A stretch of 63,796 nt of DNA, counting the filler, from Thraustochytrium aureum (lineage: Eukaryota): NCBI GenBank assembly GCA_012862495.1. It is 5 parts of 4 records of this genome, joined end to end, with 100 filler letters (N's around TTAATTAATTAA, not from the genome) between each part and the next. Parts side by side here need not be neighbours in the genome. Positions count along the whole stretch, not along the records: positions 1 to 24,959 come from BLSG01000191.1; 4 more parts are not named here. One strand, written 5' to 3'. Shown one piece after another: positions 1 to 8,693 of this stretch. Made by a program: the position numbers and the translations under genes. How positions within the stretch are numbered: the stretch's first letter is position 1; each line of letters begins with the position of its first letter. A model generated the notes under the pieces. It had not been told where the DNA came from and did no database searches. It worked only from the letters and a program-made list of their open reading frames with translations.

Positions 1-5
1 TGCGC

Positions 6-2843
6 GTGGTTCGGCGCATTGTCAAGACGGGTGGCCAGCCGGTCGAGTACATGCTGGAGACAGGGCGGTTCGATGTCTATGTAGAGCTCCTGCAGCGATC
101 TGGCGAGCTCACGAATGGAATCAAGTCGGAGCTGCTTCAAGAAGTCGGTCTGCTGGTGGAGAACAGCCCTCGCGTTGGGCTTGCGATGGCAGAGGGCGGT
201 GCCTGCCGCCAACTGCAGGTCGTTGTTTCCTCCTGCGAGACTGCCGCCGAGCTGTGCAACGCAACGCGGGCGATGGCTTGCTTTGTTGAGCACAGCTCGC
301 CAACTGGATGCAAGATCACCGACCTCGCGCTCAAGGAGCGCTGCGACGAGTGCCTTATCGACGTGCTCTGCAGGAAGCGCGACTCGGGACCGATGGCCCT
401 CGAAGTCCTGCTGAACACCGTGGGGGCTCTCGGCTACATGGTCAAGCGCCAGAGCGATCGAATCGAAACCGCGAGCGCGGATGGCGGCATCGCAAGCCCC
501 GAGCTGGGCGAGAGTACGCCAGATAGTGCCAGTAGCCAAGTTGCGGGAACTGCAGCGTGCCTGGTCTCCTGCGGGGCGAAATCGTGCAAGTACGAACGTG
601 CGAGCGTCGCTCTGACGGAGCTTCTTGGAGCCCAAGGAATCGGAGAGAGCCTGACCTGGAATTCGCTCTGGGCCCTGATCTACTTGATGAACGGCGCAAG
701 CGGGGAACAATGCACGCACGCCGTGTCTCGGGCGGGCGGTCTTGAGGTTTTGCACGGCATCGTAGAGTCGAACGCGCAGAACCAGCCCCTGGTCTGTTCG
801 GCGAGCAAGGCGCTCTGGCACATTGTGCAGCACACAGACGTGGAGGCGATTACAAAACTTCCCCTTGACGTCCGACTCAAGATTATCGCCTGCGCAACCC
901 GATCGAGGCCGGCCGCGGCCGCCTCTGCGACTGGAAGCGGCCCGCAGAGCGAAGAGACACCAAATCCGTTTGGAACCCTGGACGTCACGATAGACCCCAG
1001 TGATGTGGCGAAAAGCTCGCTCGAGGTTTTGGGCAAGATTTCCGGCGACCAGCTCCGGAGCAACGCCCTGAAAATTCAGTATGCTTCGAATGAGGTCGAG
1101 CAGGCAGGCGTGGATGCAGGCGGCGTTCGCCGCGACTGGCTGTCGCGCCTCAGCGAGGCCATCTTCGATCCAAAGAACAACCTCGTAATAGCGGGCTTCC
1201 ATCCGAACGACAGCGTCCAGATCAGTCCTGCACCTTCGTTTGGGGGCATCACGGAGCAAGAGCAGGCGGCCTGGTACCGTCTTATGGGCCGGGTGCTGGC
1301 CCTGTCGGTTCTGTATGAGGACCCTCTCGGCGTGGCGCTCGTGCCGAGCTTGTGCAAGCTGGTCCTTGAGGAGGACCCCGAGTTTGACGATATCAAGCAC
1401 GTTTCGAACGACTATTTTCGGACCTTTTCCCGGCTCAAGGAGCTGCGCGACAAGGATCGGGTTGCCTTTGAGAATTCCCTTCGCGATCTCACGTTCACGG
1501 TGAACAGCCGCGAGTGCATGATGGCGGAAGCGTCGGAGCGAACTGCGGGCGCCCGTACCGACGGCACCAATGCCCTGGCACCACCGCTGCCAATCGTGGA
1601 CGAGGGGGGCGCAGGGGCTGAGGACGAGGCGAACGACAATGAGAACGAGCTCAACGACTTCACAGACGCATCTAGTGCTTGGGATTGGGCTGACGGTGGC
1701 TCTTCGCCTGGTGGGTCAATGTGCATGCCACCGCCTCCTAGGCGGCGCGGGGGCGCGTCGTCGTCTTCGCTGAGCTGCGTTACAGCATTGGCTGCTGCTG
1801 CGCCGGTTGCTTGCACTTCGTCGACTTCGTCCTCTTCTTCTTCTTCCACGAGCCCTGCAGGTTCGGTCGGTCGCGCCGCCACTCGTCCGCAACTTGACGT
1901 AGCTGTGCCGCTGCGTCAAGCTTCTCTTGCTGCTGAAGCTAGTGTGCCAGCACACCCACCGTCGCCAGCAGTGAGCGCGGAGCGGCAGGCGGAGGTGGAG
2001 GCGATCGCGGTGAGCCTGTCCACGCTCAAGCAAGTTGCTCGGCGGCTGGACAAGGCTCGCGCGAACGGTGACCGTGCGTTAATCCGCCGCCTGTTGATGC
2101 GCCAGAACGAAATGCTCCAGGACAAGCCAGTCCTTGAGGAGGCAGGAGCTGGCGGGGAGTGGCCTGACGAGGGCCTTGCGCCAGGGATGCGCAAGCGCCG
2201 CCTGAGCACGGCGAGCTCCAGCAGCGAGCACGAAAGCGCGATGAAGCGGCTGCAGACTGGCGCAGCTAAAATGCGGCGCATGATGAGCGACCTCATGGAC
2301 GGTGGGCAGACGGAGCGCATACTTCCGGGCAACTTTGATCAATACCTAGAAATGCTCACGTTCAAGTTGCTCGTGGAGAATGTAGCATCGCAGGTGGCCA
2401 TGCTCAAGGAGGGCTTCCACGAGGTCCTCCCACGGGACATCATTTTGCGACTTGTCACGAGCGCCGAGCTCGGCAAGTTGGTAGAAGGCGACCGCACGAT
2501 CAACATTTCTATGTGGAAGAAGAACACGGTGGTCAAAGGCGGGAGCGAGCAAGACACGCCACAGATTGGCTGGTTTTGGGAGTATGCCGAGCGCCTGTCG
2601 AGGCCCGACCGCCAGCGGCTGTTGATGTGGGCAACGGGATGGCGCTCTATTGGCAGCAGCGGCTTTGCGAACCGGTCTTTTACGATCGAGGTGACCAAGG
2701 TTGTGAATGACGCGGAGAACGAGCGGCTGCCGAGCGTCGCCACTTGTGGGTTTCACTTGTGGATCCCCAAGTACAAGACGCGCGAGCAGCTCGAGAAGAA
2801 ATTTGAGCTGGCAATGTCGGAGACTAGCTTCGGCAATTGCTAG
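6..2843 (+). CDS. HECT-type E3 ubiquitin ligase with N-terminal armadillo-like helical repeats (5' end outside window)
   Basis: HECT N-lobe motif 'GVDAGGVRRDWLSRLSEAIFDP' and 'YRLMGRVLALSV...LGVALVPSLCKLVL'. C-lobe 'IGWFWEYAERLSRPDRQRLLMWATG' and 'LPSVATCGFHLWIPKYKTREQLEKKFELAM..SFG' with the catalytic Cys. ORF is open at the window start. Confidence 0.93.
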   Translation: MVRRIVKTGGQPVEYMLETGRFDVYVELLQRSGELTNGIKSELLQEVGLLVENSPRVGLAMAEGGACRQLQVVVSSCETAAELCNATRAMACFVEHSSPTGCKITDLALKERCDECLIDVLCRKRDSGPMALEVLLNTVGALGYMVKRQSDRIETASADGGIASPELGESTPDSASSQVAGTAACLVSCGAKSCKYERASVALTELLGAQGIGESLTWNSLWALIYLMNGASGEQCTHAVSRAGGLEVLHGIVESNAQNQPLVCSASKALWHIVQHTDVEAITKLPLDVRLKIIACATRSRPAAAASATGSGPQSEETPNPFGTLDVTIDPSDVAKSSLEVLGKISGDQLRSNALKIQYASNEVEQAGVDAGGVRRDWLSRLSEAIFDPKNNLVIAGFHPNDSVQISPAPSFGGITEQEQAAWYRLMGRVLALSVLYEDPLGVALVPSLCKLVLEEDPEFDDIKHVSNDYFRTFSRLKELRDKDRVAFENSLRDLTFTVNSRECMMAEASERTAGARTDGTNALAPPLPIVDEGGAGAEDEANDNENELNDFTDASSAWDWADGGSSPGGSMCMPPPPRRRGGASSSSLSCVTALAAAAPVACTSSTSSSSSSSTSPAGSVGRAATRPQLDVAVPLRQASLAAEASVPAHPPSPAVSAERQAEVEAIAVSLSTLKQVARRLDKARANGDRALIRRLLMRQNEMLQDKPVLEEAGAGGEWPDEGLAPGMRKRRLSTASSSSEHESAMKRLQTGAAKMRRMMSDLMDGGQTERILPGNFDQYLEMLTFKLLVENVASQVAMLKEGFHEVLPRDIILRLVTSAELGKLVEGDRTINISMWKKNTVVKGGSEQDTPQIGWFWEYAERLSRPDRQRLLMWATGWRSIGSSGFANRSFTIEVTKVVNDAENERLPSVATCGFHLWIPKYKTREQLEKKFELAMSETSFGNC

Positions 2844-2939
2844 CTCTAGCTCTCCAGAGAGAGAGCCACTCATCCATGGGGTTTGGCTGGGGCGGACGCC
2901 CTTTTCCTTGCTTTGGTTGTGGAGCGGCAGTGCGGAGAG

Positions 2940-3000
2940 CCCCCCCCTCCCCCCGCGGCATGGTTTCCCCCCGCGACATGGTTTCCCCCCACGGCATGGT
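2940..3000 (+). repeat. Short tandem repeat, ~20-bp unit (ccccgcggcatggtttcccc) x3, downstream of the HECT gene
   Basis: Three near-identical copies of 'cggcatggtttcccccc' seen directly. Confidence 0.7.
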
Positions 3001-3249
3001 CTAGTAAAGTTGCATTGTATCTGACTGAGATTCTGAACTGAATGTTTGACTGAGATTCTGAACTGATAGTCCGATTGGGAATCTCGCGGAGGTGTTTGGT
3101 CCTTTCGTGCGAGTCAAGGCAACGAGTCTGCGAGCGAGCAATCGTCCAACTGCAGTGTCGGGGCGGTGCAATGCCTTTGCTGTACTTTGTTCTTGCGCGC
3201 TGGTCATGGTTGAGCCACGTCACGGTGCGGGTTGCGCTCTCATGATTCC

Positions 3250-6200
3250 TTAGACATCGTGCTTGGACGCAACGCCGCCAGTTCTGCTCTCGACGCTGTC
3301 GCTCTGCTCGCGCTGGATCATCAGCTCGCCCTCCTCTTGCTCATCGACTACAGGCGCGAAAGGGACGCCAAGCTTCGAGTGAAGGACACGGGTTGCGTCC
3401 TCCCACGTCACAGGGGGAACGAACGGCGGGAAGACGCGCAGTACCAGAAAGCTAATCCCCGCATAGTTGTCCATCGTGTAGAGCATTGCAAACGCGCACA
3501 GGAGGACCGCCAAGCCATATGCCGGGTTCTGGGCGATGCCCCCGCCAGCGCCCTTGGCGGCCGTGGCGCTGTTTCGCGGAGGGTGCACCGCAGGTGGCTT
3601 GTCGATGTTGATCGCATTGAGCAAGAGCTGCGCAGGGAGATTGTACGTGCTTNNNNNNNNNNNNNNNNNNNNNNNNNNNNNNNNNNNNNNNNNNNNNNNN
3701 NNNNNNNNNNNNNNNNNNNNNNNNNNNNNNNNNNNNNNNNNNNNNNNNNNNNNNNNNNNNNNNNNNNNNNNNNNNNNNNNNNNNNNNNNNNNNNNNNNNN
3801 NNNNNNNNNNNNNNNNNNNNNNNNNNNNNNNNNNNNNNNNNNNNNNNNNNNNNNNNNNNNNNNNNNNNNNNNNNNNNNNNNNNNNNNNNNNNNNNNNNNN
3901 NNNNNNNNNNNNNNNNNNNNNNNNNNNNNNGATTGTACGTGCTTGAATCATACCGCACCCCGTGATTGCGTGATCCTTGCGCGCAGAGGTGAGAGCAGCG
4001 AGGTCGATAACGAATGCGCACTTTTTGGCAATTTTGGACTGCAGCAATGCGGCACGCATAGCAGAAGCGGTCGCGTTGTTGACCTTGCCGTTGCCGAAGG
4101 CGTACGAGTCAGTGACTTTGCCATCCACAACGGACCCCGGAAGCACGAGCAGGCAGGAGGTTTCCCCGAGCGGAGCAGCAAGCGCATCCCAGGCAGCGGT
4201 AAACTCGGCAGGCGTCATCGTCGCCGCATCGTGAAGCCACGCGCCAAGCACAAGCACATCGGCCTCGAGGAGTTTGCTGCCCGGCTGGAGCTGCTTTTGG
4301 AGCGCAGTGACTGAAGGCACGTAGCTGTAGGAGACCGTGCCAGGCGGGAGGCCGGTCGCGCCGGGCATCGCCACGGAGATCTCCTCAACAAAGTCTGCCT
4401 GGAACTCGCCCACGATGAGGTGCCCCGCTTCGGGAGCCATGACTGTGTGCGTGGCCGTGGCGAGCTCGTAGACATTCTCGTCCCCCACGAACGCGAAATG
4501 CCGCTTGGCCACGAGATTTGCGGCAAGTTCGGTTGGTATCAGCTTGTATTTGCAGGCCTTCTCCGCTAGGTGGTTGCGCCACACCCACGTATCGGCGATG
4601 CAGGCCGGGCCGTCGTGGCGCGAGCACGCCCGGGACGAGACGTCGATCCAAGCTCCGTCGCTCAAGTTGTCGAGGCACGCTCTCTTCGAGAAGACTGCGA
4701 GGTGCGGACGAAGGGGGCCACCGTTGATGGGCGCGCCTACAGGGACCCATGCAGGAAGGAGGAGCAGGCCGACCGCCGCGGACGCCAGCCCAACGGCGCA
4801 CGCTGAATAGCTGAGCGCCCACCTAGAAGTAGAAGTAACTGTCGACGCAGGCGCTTCGTTGCACACCTGCGGCTCGTTCGAAGCGATGGCCCTTTCGAGG
4901 ACCGCGATCGCTGCCGCCCCCACGAGCACGATCGCGACGATGACAAGCGGCCAGCCAGCACCCATAATCTGAAGAAACCAGGCCAGGAGCCCAGCGGAAC
5001 CGAGAATGAGACCCTGGACGGCGAGAAAGTTCATCGCGCGAAAAGGGTCCTCGGGCACGAGCATGGCCCGCGTGAACATGGTAACGCGGTACAGTCGCCG
5101 GGCAACCGTAAAATAGATTGCGGTGACGACGACGAGGTTGATCTTGGGGTATCCAGGGACCAGCACGAGCACAGTCTTGGCGTTTGAGGTGAGCCAGACA
5201 TGGTGCTGCATGAGGTATGTCTCTAGGGTGTACTTGCCGATCGTGGCGAGAACGCCAAGGTGGACCTGGCGGAGCCAGGGCGTAATGTTGCGAAAGTAGA
5301 TGTAGGTCAGGAGCGGGATCATAAACGTGTACGGGTTGACCTGGTTGAACTGGAGCTTGGGGAGCGGGAAGATTTCTGTCGCCCACCACCAGGCGGCGAT
5401 GAGGAGCGCCGCGCCAACGGTGGACTTGACGGCGGTTTGCTGCGGCCAAGGCAAGGCTTCGACCTTTGCGATCCACAGCATCGCTTGGGGAAAGTTCAGA
5501 GCAAAGATCATGCCAAAAAACGTAGAGTAGTGGTCCAGACCGCTCCGGAAGTGCCACTCGTACTTGATCCCGTACGCCCCAACCGCGGCCCCCGGGTGCG
5601 GTTCGTTGGGCATGAAGGCGAAGACGACATCAAATATAGCGCCAAACTCCCAAACCGCGAAAATGATGACGCCGACGGTGGCGAGCTTGATGCGCATGGG
5701 CCACTTGGTGTGGTTTACATGGCGCGCGACGCGCATGGTGGCGAACACGACCAAAAAGTAGAAGGTGTGCAGCGGGCAGATGTAGTAGAGCATGTACATG
5801 TTGTTCATGACCAGGCACAAGAACAGCACGGTGAAGTTGAGCCGCCACATCATCTGCGCGAACCGCACGAAGCCATAGTCGCGCTTGATGTAGAAAAAGC
5901 TGAGGTTGCCGAACCCGGTCATCCACACGTAGCACGAAATCATGACGCGAACGGCGTTGTAGACCTCAGACGAGTGCATGTAGTGGTATAGCAGGAATAC
6001 GGTCTGCATCCAGCCCTTCCACTCCTCCGTTTGGTCGCGATTGATCAGGTCGGTGCTCTTTGGGTCGTGCTCGATCGATCCGAACGCGAACATGAGCACC
6101 ATCAGGCAGATGAACCAGAAAAAGTCGGGCACGTGATCCTTTTGCTCGTGCGGGAAAATGGGCGCGTTCTCGCTTATCCACGTGTAAGCCAGGATGGCGC

Positions 6201-6432
6201 CGAGGACGCCCAGCTCCGAGGTAAGCGCAAACAATGCGGGCCTCGTGAATGTCAGTGCTGGGATCTTCTTCCCGTGAAACGCCTCGCCTCCAGCAGCGCC
6301 GCCTTTCCACCACTGGACCGCCAGCACCAAAAAATTGACGCTAAAAAGGATCACGACTGCCAGCGTGGAGACGGGCAGCTCGCTGGCGCCCAGCGCAATG
6401 CCTTGCCCATTCGCATCCATACTCCCAGCCAT
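3250..6432 (-). CDS. CASD1/RWA-family (Cas1_AcylT) O-acetyltransferase with a C-terminal SGNH/PC-esterase-like domain
   Basis: Cas1_AcylT motifs 'INRDQTEEWKGWMQ', 'YNAVRVMISCYVWMTGFGN', 'YYICPLHTF', 'EWHFRSGLDHY', 'IGKYTLETYLMQHHVWL'. These are followed by 'WVW...C...FAFVGDE' and 'Y..PAQLLLNAI'. The N gap at 3653-3930 has duplicated flanks, and there is a probable frameshift near 3960. Confidence 0.88.
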   Translation of the reverse strand: MAGSMDANGQGIALGASELPVSTLAVVILFSVNFLVLAVQWWKGGAAGGEAFHGKKIPALTFTRPALFALTSELGVLGAILAYTWISENAPIFPHEQKDHVPDFFWFICLMVLMFAFGSIEHDPKSTDLINRDQTEEWKGWMQTVFLLYHYMHSSEVYNAVRVMISCYVWMTGFGNLSFFYIKRDYGFVRFAQMMWRLNFTVLFLCLVMNNMYMLYYICPLHTFYFLVVFATMRVARHVNHTKWPMRIKLATVGVIIFAVWEFGAIFDVVFAFMPNEPHPGAAVGAYGIKYEWHFRSGLDHYSTFFGMIFALNFPQAMLWIAKVEALPWPQQTAVKSTVGAALLIAAWWWATEIFPLPKLQFNQVNPYTFMIPLLTYIYFRNITPWLRQVHLGVLATIGKYTLETYLMQHHVWLTSNAKTVLVLVPGYPKINLVVVTAIYFTVARRLYRVTMFTRAMLVPEDPFRAMNFLAVQGLILGSAGLLAWFLQIMGAGWPLVIVAIVLVGAAAIAVLERAIASNEPQVCNEAPASTVTSTSRWALSYSACAVGLASAAVGLLLLPAWVPVGAPINGGPLRPHLAVFSKRACLDNLSDGAWIDVSSRACSRHDGPACIADTWVWRNHLAEKACKYKLIPTELAANLVAKRHFAFVGDENVYELATATHTVMAPEAGHLIVGEFQADFVEEISVAMPGATGLPPGTVSYSYVPSVTALQKQLQPGSKLLEADVLVLGAWLHDAATMTPAEFTAAWDALAAPLGETSCLLVLPGSVVDGKVTDSYAFGNGKVNNATASAMRAALLQSKIAKKCAFVIDLAALTSARKDHAITGCGMIQARTIXXXXXXXXXXXXXXXXXXXXXXXXXXXXXXXXXXXXXXXXXXXXXXXXXXXXXXXXXXXXXXXXXXXXXXXXXXXXXXXXXXXXXXXXXXXXXSTYNLPAQLLLNAINIDKPPAVHPPRNSATAAKGAGGGIAQNPAYGLAVLLCAFAMLYTMDNYAGISFLVLRVFPPFVPPVTWEDATRVLHSKLGVPFAPVVDEQEEGELMIQREQSDSVESRTGGVASKHDV

Positions 6433-8693
6433 TGTTCAGCTGGCTGCTGTCAACGGCGTAGACCACAGGAAGGAGAGATAACTGCCCGAATGCCGCGAGA
6501 CTCGCCTGCGAAGCTTGGCTGCGAAGCTTGGCTGCTTCACCGCGATGCGAGATGCAAGCAGACCGAAGCCGCCCGCCCGCCAGCCCGCCCGTCCACGGCG
6601 CTCTTGGTAGCCTGCCTTGCGTGTTCGTCCGTCGACTCTGGCAACTGCTTCGCTCTGGCTCCAAACGCGAGTGGCACGAAGGGGGGTGTGTTGGGGTACT
6701 AGTACTCTACTGAGTACTAAGGAGACAAATAGAGTCGTGCTGACCACGCGTGCGTCTACTGTACAGACATACCCGTGAGGTTCGTACCGAAGCAAGCAAG
6801 CACAAAGTTGTCATTGCTATCTGGCGGGGGCCTCTTGTTGTTTTCGCGGGCCCACTCCTCAACGCGCACCAGCAGGTCTCTGCTGTTCAATCTCCAGAAG
6901 CGAGCTGCTACTGTGACGTCGTTCTTCGTTGGACAGGAAGGCTTGCATGACCTTCAAGTTGATTGTCAGGTTTTCAAGAGCCCAAGAACGCGCCGGCGAA
7001 GGCTTCGTCGCTTGCCGGCTCTGGCGCGCTGATCGAGATGGGTGCGTCCCGTCGAGCTTGGTCTCCGTGCTCTCCATCGTTTTCGGCACAACGAGCACGC
7101 GAAACTCAACCTCGGTGTGCATCGATGCAAGCAGTTGGTCGACGTCTGGCGCACTGCTGGCGAGTTCGCCCTCCGCCTTGCTCGGGCTTCCACCATCGCC
7201 GTCCTTCGACGCTGCTTCGCCTTGCTTGGTTTTCTTGATTGTTGCTTTCCAAAACTGCGAGCCAGGGTATACACCACGAGCTTTAGGTTTGCGCCACCCT
7301 CGACAACCAGACGATCTCGGAGCGCCTCCACGGTGGAGATCCTACGCGGGTGGGCTTTGCTAGCCTGCACTGGATCCCGTGGAGCGTGTGCGGTTCTTCC
7401 TCAGTACCGCGGCCGCCGTTCTGCTCGACCCACATCATGCTAACAACAGGGTGCTGCTCATCATTCGGGACGTACGGAAAGGCTTGCTTGATGTCCTTGA
7501 GCTTGACGCTCGCTCGATCAAACGACGCGCGCCGAAGCAGCTCAGAGCTGACTTGCGAACTCAGCCACCGATTCGCGTGCCAGCCCGAAGCCAAGGTTTC
7601 GTCGCGGCCTTCTCCCAGGCCTGACCAGCGCCACCTCAGGCCCTTCTCCAATTAAGTACTTGGCCACGAGCGACTCAAGTATTTCCCCCGCGATTGAGCT
7701 CCGAGGCCCTTCGATGTGCTGAACGAGATGTTCTCAGTCTCCCCTCGCCGGTCCCATCGCGGATCTTCCTCCAGACATCCCCGATGCGCAGGCACAATCT
7801 CGTAGTCGTGAAACTTTCCGAATGCGCCCTCTTCCGGCTGGACGAGGCGGTAGCGCATTACACGATGGGTCTCTGCAGCCTGCACGATGTCATGTTGATT
7901 TCCCATGAGCACCCAGCTCGGCAGTCCGGCGATTGCAAAGCCGCTTGCGCCCACCTCCTTCGCATAAAAGCGCACCGGGTCGTACAACGTGCACTCGCGT
8001 CCTCGGCAAGGCAGATTGCATCGCTTGCGAACTCGAGCACCTCAACAAGCTCGGTCCAGCCGCCCGAACGACCATCATCATCACCATCACACCGCCGAGC
8101 GCCAACACGTCGATCGATCGGGCGGTGCCATACCTGGCACGCCAGCAGAGCAGTCCGTTCCACCGTCTGCCGGTCGCCGAACACGCTGCTCTCGCGCCTG
8201 CTCGGCGTGGCAGTTCACGACAATGGCATCTTCATCGAGCGAGGACTGCAGCAGCTGCTCGCACTGCCGCATGTAAGGTGGAGGGATGTGTAGGTAGCCT
8301 GTATCTTGTGTGAGAGCGCGAAGCGGCGGCCGCGCAGCAGCAGCAGCAGGAGGAGGAGCGGCAGCAGCAGCAGCAGCAGCNNNNNNNNNNNNNNNNNNNN
8401 NNNNNNNNNNNNNNNNNNNNNNNNNNNNNNNNNNNNNNNNNNNNNNNNNNNNNNNNNNNNNNNNNNNNNNNNNNNNNNNNNNNNNNNNNNNNNNNNNNNN
8501 NNNNNNNNNNNNNNNNNNNNNNNNNNNNNNNNNNNNNNNNNNNNNNNNNNNNNNNNNNNNNNNNNNNNNNNNNNNNNNNNNNNNNNNNNNNNNNNNNNNN
8601 NNNNNNNNNNNNNNNNNNNNNNNNNNNNNNNNNNNNNNNNNNNNNNNNNNNNNNNNNNNNNNNNNNNNNNNNNNNNNNNNNNNNNNNNNNNNN

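Noticed and set aside
3250..6432. 'Cas1' name suggesting CRISPR Cas1
   Set aside because: Cas1_AcylT refers to the Cryptococcus capsule O-acetyltransferase family, unrelated to CRISPR Cas1.
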